Of a stretch of DNA of 64,000 nucleotides, positions 28,844-41,300 are shown piece by piece. The notes below the pieces were generated by a model that was given only the letters and a program-made list of their open reading frames with translations, was not told where the DNA came from and did not search any database. The position numbers and the translations under genes are program-made. The DNA is taken from assembly GCA_964247055.1 (NCBI GenBank), contig OZ176058.1, forward strand, positions 4,898,001 through 4,962,000. The letters run 5' to 3'. Source of the DNA: Paragordius varius. Its lineage: Eukaryota > Animalia > Nematomorpha. Position 1 is the first letter of the stretch. Each line of letters begins with the position of its first letter.

Positions 28844-29521
28844 TTTACAATTCAATTTCACCCTTGAACAATTCAAATTCCCTCTCAAATAAAATATATG
28901 TTTTTTAAGATTAAAAAGTATTTATATTTATATATTTTTTAAAAATAAAAATTTTGTTTTGAATTAAATACTAAAAAAAAATGATAAACTATACCATAAA
29001 CATATATTTCATATTAATAATGAATTATATTAGTTTGAAAACACATAATTTATTTTTAGGGTGAATTTGAATTGTTTAAGGGTGAATATGAATTGATCAA
29101 GGGTGAATTTGAACTGTAAATGGTATATATATGTATATATAGTAAAAATTGAAATGCTATGGACAAAACGTGAAAATATAAAAACAAAATTTTTTTCTAG
29201 AACTATACTAAAAGAATTGTTTTAATGCAAAGTGTGAAATAGGTGTATATAATAGTAACACAATTTACAATTGTGTAACAAAATAGCTTATATGTTAAAA
29301 ATTAAGGTTTTGAAAAGTATGGTAAAATATTTTTATCTTTATATTTTCACGTTTTGTCCCTATAATTTTTTTTACTGTAATATATATTATATACATATGT
29401 TTAAATATTTTGACACAATTTACATATTTTTGAAAAATTTTTTATTTACTATAGTTATCTTTTGCATATAAAAACTAAATTTTTTATTTTGTACGTGTTT
29501 TATCCGTATAATTTTATTTTT

Positions 29522-29585
<64 letters not shown>

Positions 29586-32500
29586 TCAATGTTTTAACAC
29601 AATTTACATATCTATTTTTAAAAAATTAATTAAGTATGGTTATCTTTAAAATATAAAAAAACTATTTCATTTAATTTTTACGTGTTTTATCAGTAAAATT
29701 TCAATTTTAATATCAAGAATTTTTCAACTACTTATGAATCTCATCAAAAGGGGCTGGTAAAGCAAAATCATGGCAATCAACAAAATGGAAATTCAATAAT
29801 AGAAAATCAACAGAATAAAGAACCTAGATGGCTTGAAATTGTTAATGAGGTTTGTTTGTTGATATTATAATAATTTTACAGGTAAAAATTTGTAAATAAA
29901 GTAAAAAGATATTTATATTTTTGGTTATAACGACAAAATTAACTTGATTTTTTAAATGATTTATTATTTGTTTTATAAATCTATAACATTTATACCTCGA
30001 ATTTATTCTTGAACAATTTAAGTTCGCCCTTGAATTATTTTAATTCACCCCCTAATTCAAATTCACCCTTGAACAATTATTATTCACCCTTGAACAATTC
30101 AAATTCACCCTTTAACAATGTAAATTTACCTTTGAACTGTTAATATTCACCCTTTAACAATTCAAATCATACCCTAAAATTATTTATATTCTCCCTTTAA
30201 CAATTTAAATCTCACCCTAAAATTAATCAATTTTTAAATGAATATTAAAAATTATGTATAATTTTTATATTTTTTTTATTATTAGTTTGAAATACTAAAA
30301 TTTCGTTTAAAATTAGTAATATCATAATACTGAAAAAAATAATAAACTGATGGCTATAAAGAAATCCTAAAAACATATAGCTTATTTTTAGGAGGGGGAA
30401 TTTACAGTAAAAATTGAAGTTATACTATGGAAAAAAACGTGTAAAAATAAAAAGACAAATATTTTTTTCTAAAAAACAACCCCATACTTTTTAAAACTTA
30501 ATTAATTAAATGAAACACATTCTTTAAACCTGTAAAGTAAAATATAAAGAGATAAATATAAGGTAACACAATTAATTATATATATTTTACAATCGTAATT
30601 GAATGATTTTTATATAGAACTTAAGATTTGAAAAGTTTTTTTTGAAAAAAAATCTTGTCTTTATGTTTTTACGCTTTGTCCGTATAATTTCAATTATTAG
30701 GGTGAATTGTTTCAACAAAATATAAGATCTAAAAAATCTTTTGTCAAAATGTTTTAACATATTAACTTACAGTAAAAATTGAAATTATACGGACAAAATG
30801 TAAAAATATAAAGACATTTTTTTAAGACAACCATACTTTTTTAAACCTTAATTTATCCTATAAAAAAACATTTTAATTACAATCGTAAAATACATTTTTG
30901 ATTGTGTTACCAATTTACATTTCTATATTATATTTTGGAGTTTATAACAATAAGTTATATAAAAATCAAGAATAAAAAAGTATGGTTGTCTTTTAAGTTT
31001 TTTGTCTGTATATTTTCACGTTTTGTCCATAGTATAATTTCAATTTTTACTGTATCTTTTCTGGGGGCTGGAAATCCTAAATAAGGTTTGTTTGCCTTTT
31101 ATATTAGTTTTTCAGTAAAAATTTTAAAAAAAGTAAACTAAAAAGAGTTTAATAATCTTTTTTGGTAATAACGACAAAATTAATCAAAATTGCTACTAGT
31201 TTTTAATTTATTTATTAAAAGGCATGATTATGTTATAAAGCCATATATTTCGGATTACAGGTATTAATGATAATTCACCCTATACAATTTAAATTCTCCC
31301 TAACAAATAATTATGGGATGCAAAGACCGACTCCCACCTCCTCGCGGGGCATCCCGGGTAACGCTAACGGGAGCGGCACTGTTTGTAAAGAACAGTCAAT
31401 GAACATCAATCCACAAGGAGAAAAACTAGTGTGTGGGGCGTGGCGGAATTGAGATTGGCTGTCTCATTTTCTTACAAAATACCACAATGCCTGTATTCAC
31501 ACACATGGTTTTAAAGCGGGTTTATCTGGGCGCTATAACCAGCAGCCAGATGATAATAACGATAATATAAGTACTTAAAACGAAAGATGGAGTGGGAGCT
31601 TCCAAAGCCCAGAAAGGCACCTCCCTCGGCCGTAGACTTAAATCTACAAACGGATTGAGAGATTCGAAGTCTTTTCAGACACTCTCTAGCCTGGTACAGC
31701 GAATAAGGTACTCTCTCCTCCGAGTTAAGAGGTTGGCTATAAGGGCATATAGTCTATAAAAATCAAGCCTCATTACTTTTACCATGTTCAACAGCGAAAT
31801 AATAATGAATAAATACTACTTATAAAAGCGTCTTTGAAACTTTATATTATATATTTTTATACTGCATAATAATAATAATTATATTTATAATACATCTACG
31901 GAAAAGTGAAATGTTACCTGAGAAAAAATCATTTAATATTAAAAATAATAACTTTAAATTTGGCACATGGAATGTCGGAACTCTTGTTGGAAAAGCTTGG
32001 ATGATAATAAATGCGATTAAAGAACAAAAGCTTGACATATGTTGTTTACAAGAAACTCGTTTTAAAAACGGAGGTAATTATCAACATGAGGGTTTTACAC
32101 TGTATTATGAAGGAGGAAAATCAGGGAAATCAGGGGTAGCAATAGCCATAAACGATCAGATAAAAGATAATATAATTGACATTACACGTCACAGCGACAG
32201 AATTATTCAAATGCGAGTGGCTCTCAATAATACCACCCTTAACATACTATCCATCTATACCCCTCAACAGGGTCAAAATGAAACTACCAAACAGGAATTT
32301 TGGAATCAGCTTTATCAGATCGCACAAAATGTTCCCACAACTGACATACTTCTGATCGGCGGAGATTTTAATGGACACATTGGAATGCACGCTGATGGTT
32401 ATGAAGGTATACACGGTGGAGTAGGTATTGGCTCTCGCAACAAAGAGGGCGAAACCCTCTTGGAATTCTGCAGAGCCGCAAACTTATTGATTTGCAACAC

Positions 32501-35050
32501 ACACTTCTGTAAAAAACCTAGCCAAATCCACACATATAAAAGCGGAAATCACACATCGCAAATAGATTTTGTGTTGCTGAACCAACAACTTAGAAAAATT
32601 ATAACCAACTTTAAAACTTATGAATATGATACACAACATAAACTAATAGTTGCTTTTTTAATAATAAATAAGAACCGACCTAGCCCTAAAAAATTGCCAC
32701 AACTTAACGTTGCAAAACTTAATGATCCTAAAACAAAGCATCAATACATCAACCAAATTACACCTGAACTAAAACATTCCCCTAACAACGTTCATGACGG
32801 CTGGGAGCATCTCAAAAACACCCTTCTCTCAAACGTTTCCAAAATCTGCGGAAGAAAACGTACCAAAACAAAATCTCAATGGTGGTGGCAAAGCGATATT
32901 AAACCCTTATTGAATGAGAAAAGAGATGCCTTTAAGAAATGGAAAGCTTCTAAACATGATGATGACAAACATTTTTACATAATGGTTAAAAAAAGAGTAA
33001 AGAAAATAATAGCTGACAAAATGAATGAAAGATGTTTGGAAATGGCCAAAAAACTTGAGGGAGAAATTAAAAACTTAAAAGTTTTTAAAACACTAAAAAA
33101 TATTAATAATAATAAAAAAGATATTCGGGTAGTGAAGGCCATAAAAGATAAAAATAACAACACAGTTACTGACACTCTTAGCATTCAAAATGTATGGACA
33201 CAATACATGCAAAATACACTGAATTTCCAGCATTCAAATGTCGAGATCCCAAACTTACCTCCAGTTATTGGGCCACCCCCAATTATTACTCCAGAAGATG
33301 TGAGCTTAGCCATGCAAAAATGTAAAATCAATAAGGCATCTGGTCCAACGGAAATTAAAACTGAAATGTACAAAAATATTCCTGAAGCAATTACCTATTT
33401 CACAGAGCTATTTAATCTGATTATAATGGAGGAAAAAATCCCGAACGACTGGAACCAAAGTGTCATAATTCCAATATATAAAAACAAAGGCGACATGCTC
33501 AACTGCGCCTCCTACAGACCATTAAAATTACTTGAACACGCAACCAAATTATTCGAAATAATTATAGAAAAGAAAATACGTCAGCTTTGCTCGATTGACG
33601 AAAACCAATTCGGTTTCCAACAGGGGATCAGCACCTCTGACGCCATATTCATTCTTAGAAGGCTACAAGAGAACTACAGATGCAAAAACAAAACCCTATA
33701 TCACATCTTTATTGATTTAAGCCGTGCATTCGACTGCATCCCGCGGTCCATGATCACATTTGCGTTACGAAAAAAAGAAATCCCGGAATGGATAATAAGA
33801 ATAATAAACTTACTATATGAGAACACCACTAGTTGCGTGAGAACTCCCGTGGGTGATACCAACCAATTTCCAGTAACTGTCGGACTACACCAGGGCTCCA
33901 TCCTCAGTCCATTACTATTTATCATCATTATGGATGTAATAACTGATAATATAAAAACAGGTTTACCTTTTGAGATGATGTACGCTGACGACATAATACT
34001 AACAGCCACCAGCGAAACAGACATTATCAATAAATATAACCTCTGGAAATCTACTTTAGAAAAATTTGGCCTCAAAATTAACACAGATAAAACAAAGGCT
34101 TTAATAACAGGCTCACCGGTACCTGTAATAAAATTCCCTTGCTCCATTTGTCACTCTGAAGTGAAACTTAATTCCATCAAATGCACTAAATGCCAGCTGT
34201 GGGTCCATAAAAAGTGCTCACAAATTAAAGGAAGTTTATTGGGAATTGAAAATTTTATATGTAAAGCTTGTGCAACACCAGATATAAACCCAAATAATCC
34301 CACACAAACCACCTACCTTCCAACTACAAACATCGAAATAGTAAACAAGTACAATTACCTGGGTGACACAATAGCAGCTGATATGAATATTAAAAACGCC
34401 ATAACAACACGGACACATCAGGCTTGGGCCAAATTTCATCAACTCAAGTATATAATGAAACACAAACACATTTCAAACCCAAACAAGGGCAAAATCTACA
34501 CGATTGCCATTCGCCCTGCCCTCACCTATGCTAGCGAATGTTGGCCCTTAAACCAAACTAATGAAAATAAATTATGTGACATAGAAAGAAAAATCCTCAA
34601 CTCATGCCTCACCAATCAGTATCACAATGATAAAACAAATAATAATAAAAGCATACATAATCTGTTTCATATCGCACCTATGTCTTCTTTTCTCAGAGCA
34701 AATCGTCTCAGATACTGGGGTCACATTGAACGCTCAAATAGTTGGATTAACAAAATTAGATCCTTTCATCCGAACGGCAATTTAAAACGAGGCAGACCAT
34801 ACCATGATTGGGAAAAAACACTCAGCAATGACTTACACTTAACTCAATTGAACAAAGACGATTGTCTCGATCGCAAGCTATTTCGCTCAAGAATTTGGAA
34901 GCTGGCACATGCTGGACAAACAACGACTTGATGATGATGATAACAAATAATTATGTGTTTTCGGGCAGCTAATATAACTCATCATTAATAAGAATTATAT
35001 TATGTGGCTTTTTACAGTAATATCTTTATTTCAAACGAAGTTTCATTTTT

Positions 35051-35088
<38 letters not shown>

Positions 35089-35329
35089 TAATCTATAATC
35101 TTAAAAACACGTAATTTATATTGGGGTGAATTCGAATTGTTTAAGGGTAATTTTGAATTGTTTAGTAAATTTAAATCGTTTAAGGAGATAAATTCGAAAT
35201 ATAAATGGTATATTATATTCATAGTGTTAACATTTTTTACATGGATAAACTTTTTACACAATTTTTTTCGAAACCGATCTCAACACTAATTGAGCTTTGA
35301 TTTCTCTTTTTAGAATTTTTAATTCAAAT

Positions 35330-35372
<43 letters not shown>

Positions 35373-38300
35373 TTTTCTCTATTAACTCAGGTAAACTATG
35401 GAATTGAAAAAATTGGTCAAAAAATTATTGAATTAGATGCGTTACATGTTAAGAAAGTTTGTATGCCTACTTTGGATGATACCACTTATAATACCAATAA
35501 TAATAATCAGGTAAATGTCACCAATAATCCTAATCTTGACATTCAAAAGAAAAGTGAACAAATAACTCAGGTAAATTTTTGAAAATTACAGGTAAAAATC
35601 TTTTAAGAATTTTTTAAAATCAAAAAATATGAAAAATTACAAAAAAAGTTGAAAAAAATTGATAAATATTTAGATTTTTTTTTATATTTCTTACATATAT
35701 TGTATTGGTTATCTTTATATCTAAAAAATTTTAAAAAATTTCATAGTTAAAAATTAAAATGATAAATCTGTTCTTAAGGACAAATATTTTTTTGATTTTT
35801 TTTCATTGTTTTATTTTCCACTAAAATAAATGTCACCAATAATAATTTCGACATTGAAGAAGAGTAAACAAATAATTCAGGTAAATACAAGATTACAGGT
35901 AAAAATGTTTTAAAGAGTGATCAAAGGTGAATTATTGTTTAGGGTAAATTTAAACTGTAAATGGTATATATATATGTATAGATGTTACAACATTGTCAAT
36001 CACTAGTCAAATGCATAAATAATCAAAAACAACTTCAACTCAACAATAACACGAATACAGAAGAAAAAAACAGCCCTAGGGAAATTCAACTTAAACGTAA
36101 TATTACAACTTTTCTAGCTCGACAATTGTGTGACCTTACCTTGTCTTTTCGTCGAAGTCAATCCACTTACCTTAAAGGTTTTGCTTTGAAATTTTCGCGT
36201 TAAAATTTTTTTTAAACATTAAAAAAATAATTTTTTGATTTTAACTAAAATAGCTTTCAAGAAACATTTAAACGCAATAAAACAACCTTATTAGCTAAGT
36301 TGTGTGATTTACCCTTGAGCTTTCGACAAAGTTAATCCACTCAAATTTTCTCGTTTAACTTATCTTAAAGGTTTTGCTTTAAAGTTTTCTGGAAATTGAA
36401 ATTTTGAAAATGTTTTAAAGTGTTAAAATAGAGTTTTAAAACTAAGTCTGTTGAAAAAACCCTTTAAGAAACGCAACTTAAACATTATATGACTTAATTT
36501 ATCTTTTCGACGAAGTCAATCCACTTATCTTAAAGGTTTTGCTTTTGGAGTTTTTAAATTTTCAAAGTTTGAGTTTTACCTTGAGTTTTTGGCGAAGTCA
36601 ATCCACTTATCTTAAAAGTTTTGCCTTCAAATTTTGAAATTTTTTGAGTTTTAAAACAAATTCTGTTGAAAAACGCTTAAAAATTGCAACTTAAACGCAA
36701 TATAACAACTTTCCTAGCTAAACAATTGTGTGACCTAATCTTGTCTTTTCGCCGAAGTCAATCCACTTACCTTAAAGGTTTTGCTTTATAATTTTTTATT
36801 TTTTCAAAGTTTGAGTTTTTAAACAATTCTGTTAAAAATCGCTTCAAGAAATGCAACTTAAACGTAATATAACAACTTTTTTAGCTAAACAATTGTGTGA
36901 CTTAACCTTGTCTTTTCGACGTAGTCAATCCACTTATCTTAAAGGTTTTGCTTTGAAATTTTAAATGTTTTTGAGTTTTAAAACAAAATCTGTTGAAAAA
37001 ACGCTTTAAGAAATACAACTCAAACGCAATATAACAACGTTTCTAGCTAAACAATTGTGTGACTTAACCTTGTCTTTTCGTCGAAGTCAATCCACTTACC
37101 TTAAAGGTTTTGCTTTTAAGTTTTCGCGTTTAAATTTTTTTGAGTTTTGAAACTGTTGAAAAAACGCTTTAAGAATTTCAACTTAAACGCAATATAACAA
37201 CTTTCCTAGCTAAACAATTGTGTGACTTAACCTTGTCTTTTCGACGAAGTCAATCCACTTACCTTAAAGGTTTTTTGAAATTTTGAATTTTCAAAGTTTG
37301 AAAGCGTTTCAAAGTGAATAATTAACTAATTTTTGGGTTTTAAAACAAATTCTTAATAAAAACGCTTAAGAAATGCCATTTAAACGCAAAAAAAACAATT
37401 TTTTTGTTAAACAATTGTGTGACCAAATCTTGTCTTTTCGTCGAATCCACTTATCTTAAAGGTTTTGCTTTGAATTTTTAATTTTTTAATGCGAAAAAGA
37501 TTCATGTTTGTATTAAAATTTGTATAAAAAAGTGAAACTTAAACGCAATATTACAACGTTTCTAGCTCGACAATTGTGTGACTTAACCTTGTCCTTTCGC
37601 CGTAGTCAATCCACTTATCTTAAAGGTTTTGCTTTAAAGTTTTCTGGAAATTGATTTTTTGAAAATGTTTTAAAGTGTTAAAATAGAGTTTTAAAACTAA
37701 GTCTGTTGAAAAAACGCGCCAAGAAATGCAACTTAAACGCAATATAACATTCCTAACTAAACAATTTTGTGAATTAACCTTGACTTTTCATCTAAGTCAA
37801 TCCATTACCTTAAAGGTTTTGCTTTCAAGTTTTCTGGTTTTAAATTGAAATTTTGAAGTATTAAAATAATTGATAAAACAAAATTCTTTATAAAAACGCT
37901 TGAAGAAAACCAACTTAAACGTAATATAACTTTTTAAGTTAAACAATTTCGTCGAAGTTAATCCACTTATCTTAAAGGTTTTGCTATTAAGTTTCTGGAA
38001 AAATTTAAATTTAGAAACATAAAAAAATAATTTTTTTAAGTTTTAAAACAAATCTGTTAACAAACGCTTCAAGAAATGCGATTTAACATTATATGACTTG
38101 ATTTTGTCTTTTCGCCGAAGTTAATCCATTCACCTTAAGGTTTTGCTTTAAAGTTATGAAATGTTTTAAAGTGAATAAAAAAAATAATTTTTTGTCTTTA
38201 AAACAAATTTTGCCTAAAAACCTTTTAAGAAATGCAACTTAAACGTAATATAACAACTTTCCTAGCTAAACAATTGTGTGACCTAACCTTGTCTTTTCGA

Positions 38301-41300
38301 CGAAGTCAATCCACTTATCAATGCCTTGAAATTTTAAATTTTTTGAGTTTTAAAAATTCTGTTGAAAAACGCTTCAAGATATGCATCTTAAACGTAATAA
38401 AACAAATTTTTTTAGTTAAAAATTGTGTGATCTAATTTTGAGTTTTCGACAAAGTCAATCCACTTACCTTAAATTTTCTGGAAATCGAAATTTTGAATTT
38501 CTTTGAGTTTACTAATTTTTTGAGTTTTAAAACAAAATCTGTTGAAAAACGCTTTAAAATTGCAACTCAAACGTAACATTACAACTTTCCTAGCTCGACA
38601 ATTGTGTGATTTAACCTTGTCTTTTCGCCAAGTCAATCCACTTATCTTAAATGTTTTAAATTGAAATTTTGAATTTTTTGAGAAATTCTTCATAAAAACG
38701 CTTCAAGAAATGCAACTTAAACGTAATATATCAAATTTTGCAGTTAAACAATTGTGTGATTTAATCTTGAGTTTTCGACGAAGTCAATCATCTTATCTTA
38801 AAGTTTTGCCTAGTTTTCTGAAAATTAAAATGTTGATATATTTCAAAGTGTTTAAAATAGAGTTTTAAAACATCTGTTGAAAAACGCTTCAAAAAATGCA
38901 ACTTAACGCAAAATGCAACTTTTTCAGCCAAAAAATTATGTAATTTACCCTTGAGTTTTCGCCGAATTCAATCCACTTACCTTAGAAATTCTGCTTTGAA
39001 ATTTTGAATTTTCAAAGATTGAAAGCGTTTCAAAGTGAATAATTAACTAATTTTTGGGTTTTAAAACAAATTCTTAATAAAAACGCTTGAAGAAATGCCA
39101 CTTAAACGTAATAAAACAAATTTCCTAGCGAAACAATTATGTGACTTAATTCTGTCTTTTCTCCGAGTAAATCCACTTATAAAGGTTTTGCTTTAAAGTT
39201 TTTGAATGTTACAAAGTTTGAGTTATAAAACAAATTCTGTTGAAAAATGCTTCAAGAAATGCTATTTAAACGTAAAAAAACATTTTTTTAGTCAAACAAT
39301 TGTGTGATATATCTTTGAGTTTTCGGCAGAGTCAATCCACTTATCTTAAAGGTTATTTTTGAAGTTTGAAATGTTTCAGAGCGAATAAAATAACTATTTT
39401 TTTTAAAACAAAATCTGTTGAAAAATGCTTTAAGAAAAAAAAATATATGTCCTCTTTTCATGTGTCATTTTAAGTTTTAAAAATCAAAAATTATGGTTTC
39501 TTATGGGCAAAAAATATTTTATTATATAATTTGCATTTGGTTTCTAAAATTTTAACATAAAATATATTTAATATTAAATTATCATCAAAAAAATGTATGG
39601 CGTATTAGAAATATTTGTTAATCATTATATTCAATAATTGTTAAATTTTTTCTTTATCTTTTTAATTTTTAACTAAAATTTTTTACTTAAAAAAACTTCA
39701 ATATAAAGTGTAAAAAATTACATTTGTAAAAGAATTTATATTAATTTTTACATTTTTTTCTTTATAAAATATAATAATATACATTGCTAGAAAGTTATTA
39801 ATTATTGCCAAATAGTAAATACAAAAAAGGGGGCTTATAGTTAATTTTTTCACTTACTAATAGTCAATAATAGTGCCCCCTTTGTTGTATTTACAATTTG
39901 GTAATATTTAATAACTTTCTAACAATATATATACTTACTTACTCATGTATTTATTAAATATATCAAACTTGAAATGTTCAAAGGACCAAATTTGAAGTGT
40001 TTAAGGACACTCTTTAAGTACAAATGGTATAATTTGAATAAAAAAATAAATCTTAAAAACATTTGTAGTTTAATGTTAAAATAATTTTAATTGTAATTTA
40101 TTTTATAACTTAGAAATTGAAAGATTTAAAACACTGTATGAGCAATACAATACGACCCCCACCATGGATTATAAAACATCCACAGCCAAAGCATATGTTA
40201 ATGAAAATATCACAGTAAAAATTGTATTAATTAAAAAGATAAAGACAATAAATAATTTTTCTTCAAAAGACAACCAACCATACTTTTACAAACTTTAAAA
40301 TCTTTCACATATAATCTACATGAAATTTTATTTAAAAATGATATATAATTGAGTGGATTAACACAATTTACATAACTAATCTTTATTTAACAATAAGTAA
40401 TATTTTGAATATATTAAGGTATACCATTTACAATTTCCACGCTCAAACAATCCAAATTCACCCTCGAACAATATATTATGTGTTTTCTTTCAAGCTAACA
40501 TAACTCATCATTTATATGATATATATTTTTTGGACATAGTTTCATATTAATTTTAAACAGAATTTCATGTTTTGAAAAATATTAAATAATATAGGTAATT
40601 TTTAATCTTAAACCAAAACACATACTTTGTTTTAAGGTGAATTCGAAATGATAACAAGGAATTCGAATTGTTCGAGGCTTTTGTATTGCTAACAAGGGTG
40701 ATTTTGAATTGTTCAAGGGTGATTTTGAATTTTTCACAAGGGTGAATTTGATTTGTTCGTTCAAGGGTGAATTTAAATAGTTCAAGACTGAATTTGATTG
40801 TTCAAGGGTGATTTTGAATTGTTTGAGGGTGATATTTAATAGTTCAAATGTGAATTCGAACAAGGGTGAATTCGAATAGTTCAAATGAATTTGAATTGTT
40901 CACAGGGTGAATTTGATTTGTAAATGGTATATTAATTAAAAAGTATGGAGTTGGTTGTCTTTTAGAAATAAAAATATTCTTTATATTTTTACCTATTTTA
41001 TACTTTTAATTTTTACTGAATATTAATAAAAAAACTCTTTTCAGGAACACGATGAAACTACCAATACAAAAATTTTGTGGGAAAATAAATTGACTTTGCA
41101 TTCTGAACAACACCCCACCGATAATGTTATAATGTCTGAAATTGATATAATAAACCATCAACAATCAAATGATAATTCCTTAAACTCCAATTTTGAACGT
41201 ATTCAAAAAGTTAGTTTATATTATATAAATATTGAATACTTTTTTTAATTTATAATTGCGAGTATCAAATTAAAACATTTTATTTTGTAAATTTTTTAGT

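Larger units (their letters stand above)
31315..34940 (+). mobile_element. Full-length RTE-like non-LTR retrotransposon inserted in STX16 intron 3 (right arm only)
   Basis: Target duplication TAACAAATAATTAT(G) at 31301-31315 and 34941-34955, a (TGA)n 3' tail, a ~600 nt 5' UTR, one intact long ORF, and higher GC than the flanks. Confidence 0.92.

Noticed and set aside
32975-34469. Minus-strand ORFs inside the LINE
   Set aside because: They are antisense shadows of the long APE-RT frame with no recognisable motifs.
31911-34931. CFDP2-like domestication (CFDP1 duplicate fused to an RTE endonuclease, as in ruminants)
   Set aside because: The LINE lies in an STX16 intron more than 20 kb from either CFDP1 copy, has intact TSDs and shows no splice link.
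38232-38435. ORF MQLKRNITTF... as a separate gene; likewise 53828-54082
   Set aside because: They are echo units of STX16 exon 5 and the CFDP1 tail, not independent genes.
36178-39420. CRISPR-like appearance of regular repeats
   Set aside because: The units are long exon-derived tandem copies with homologous rather than unique spacers, there are no cas genes, and the context is eukaryotic and spliced.
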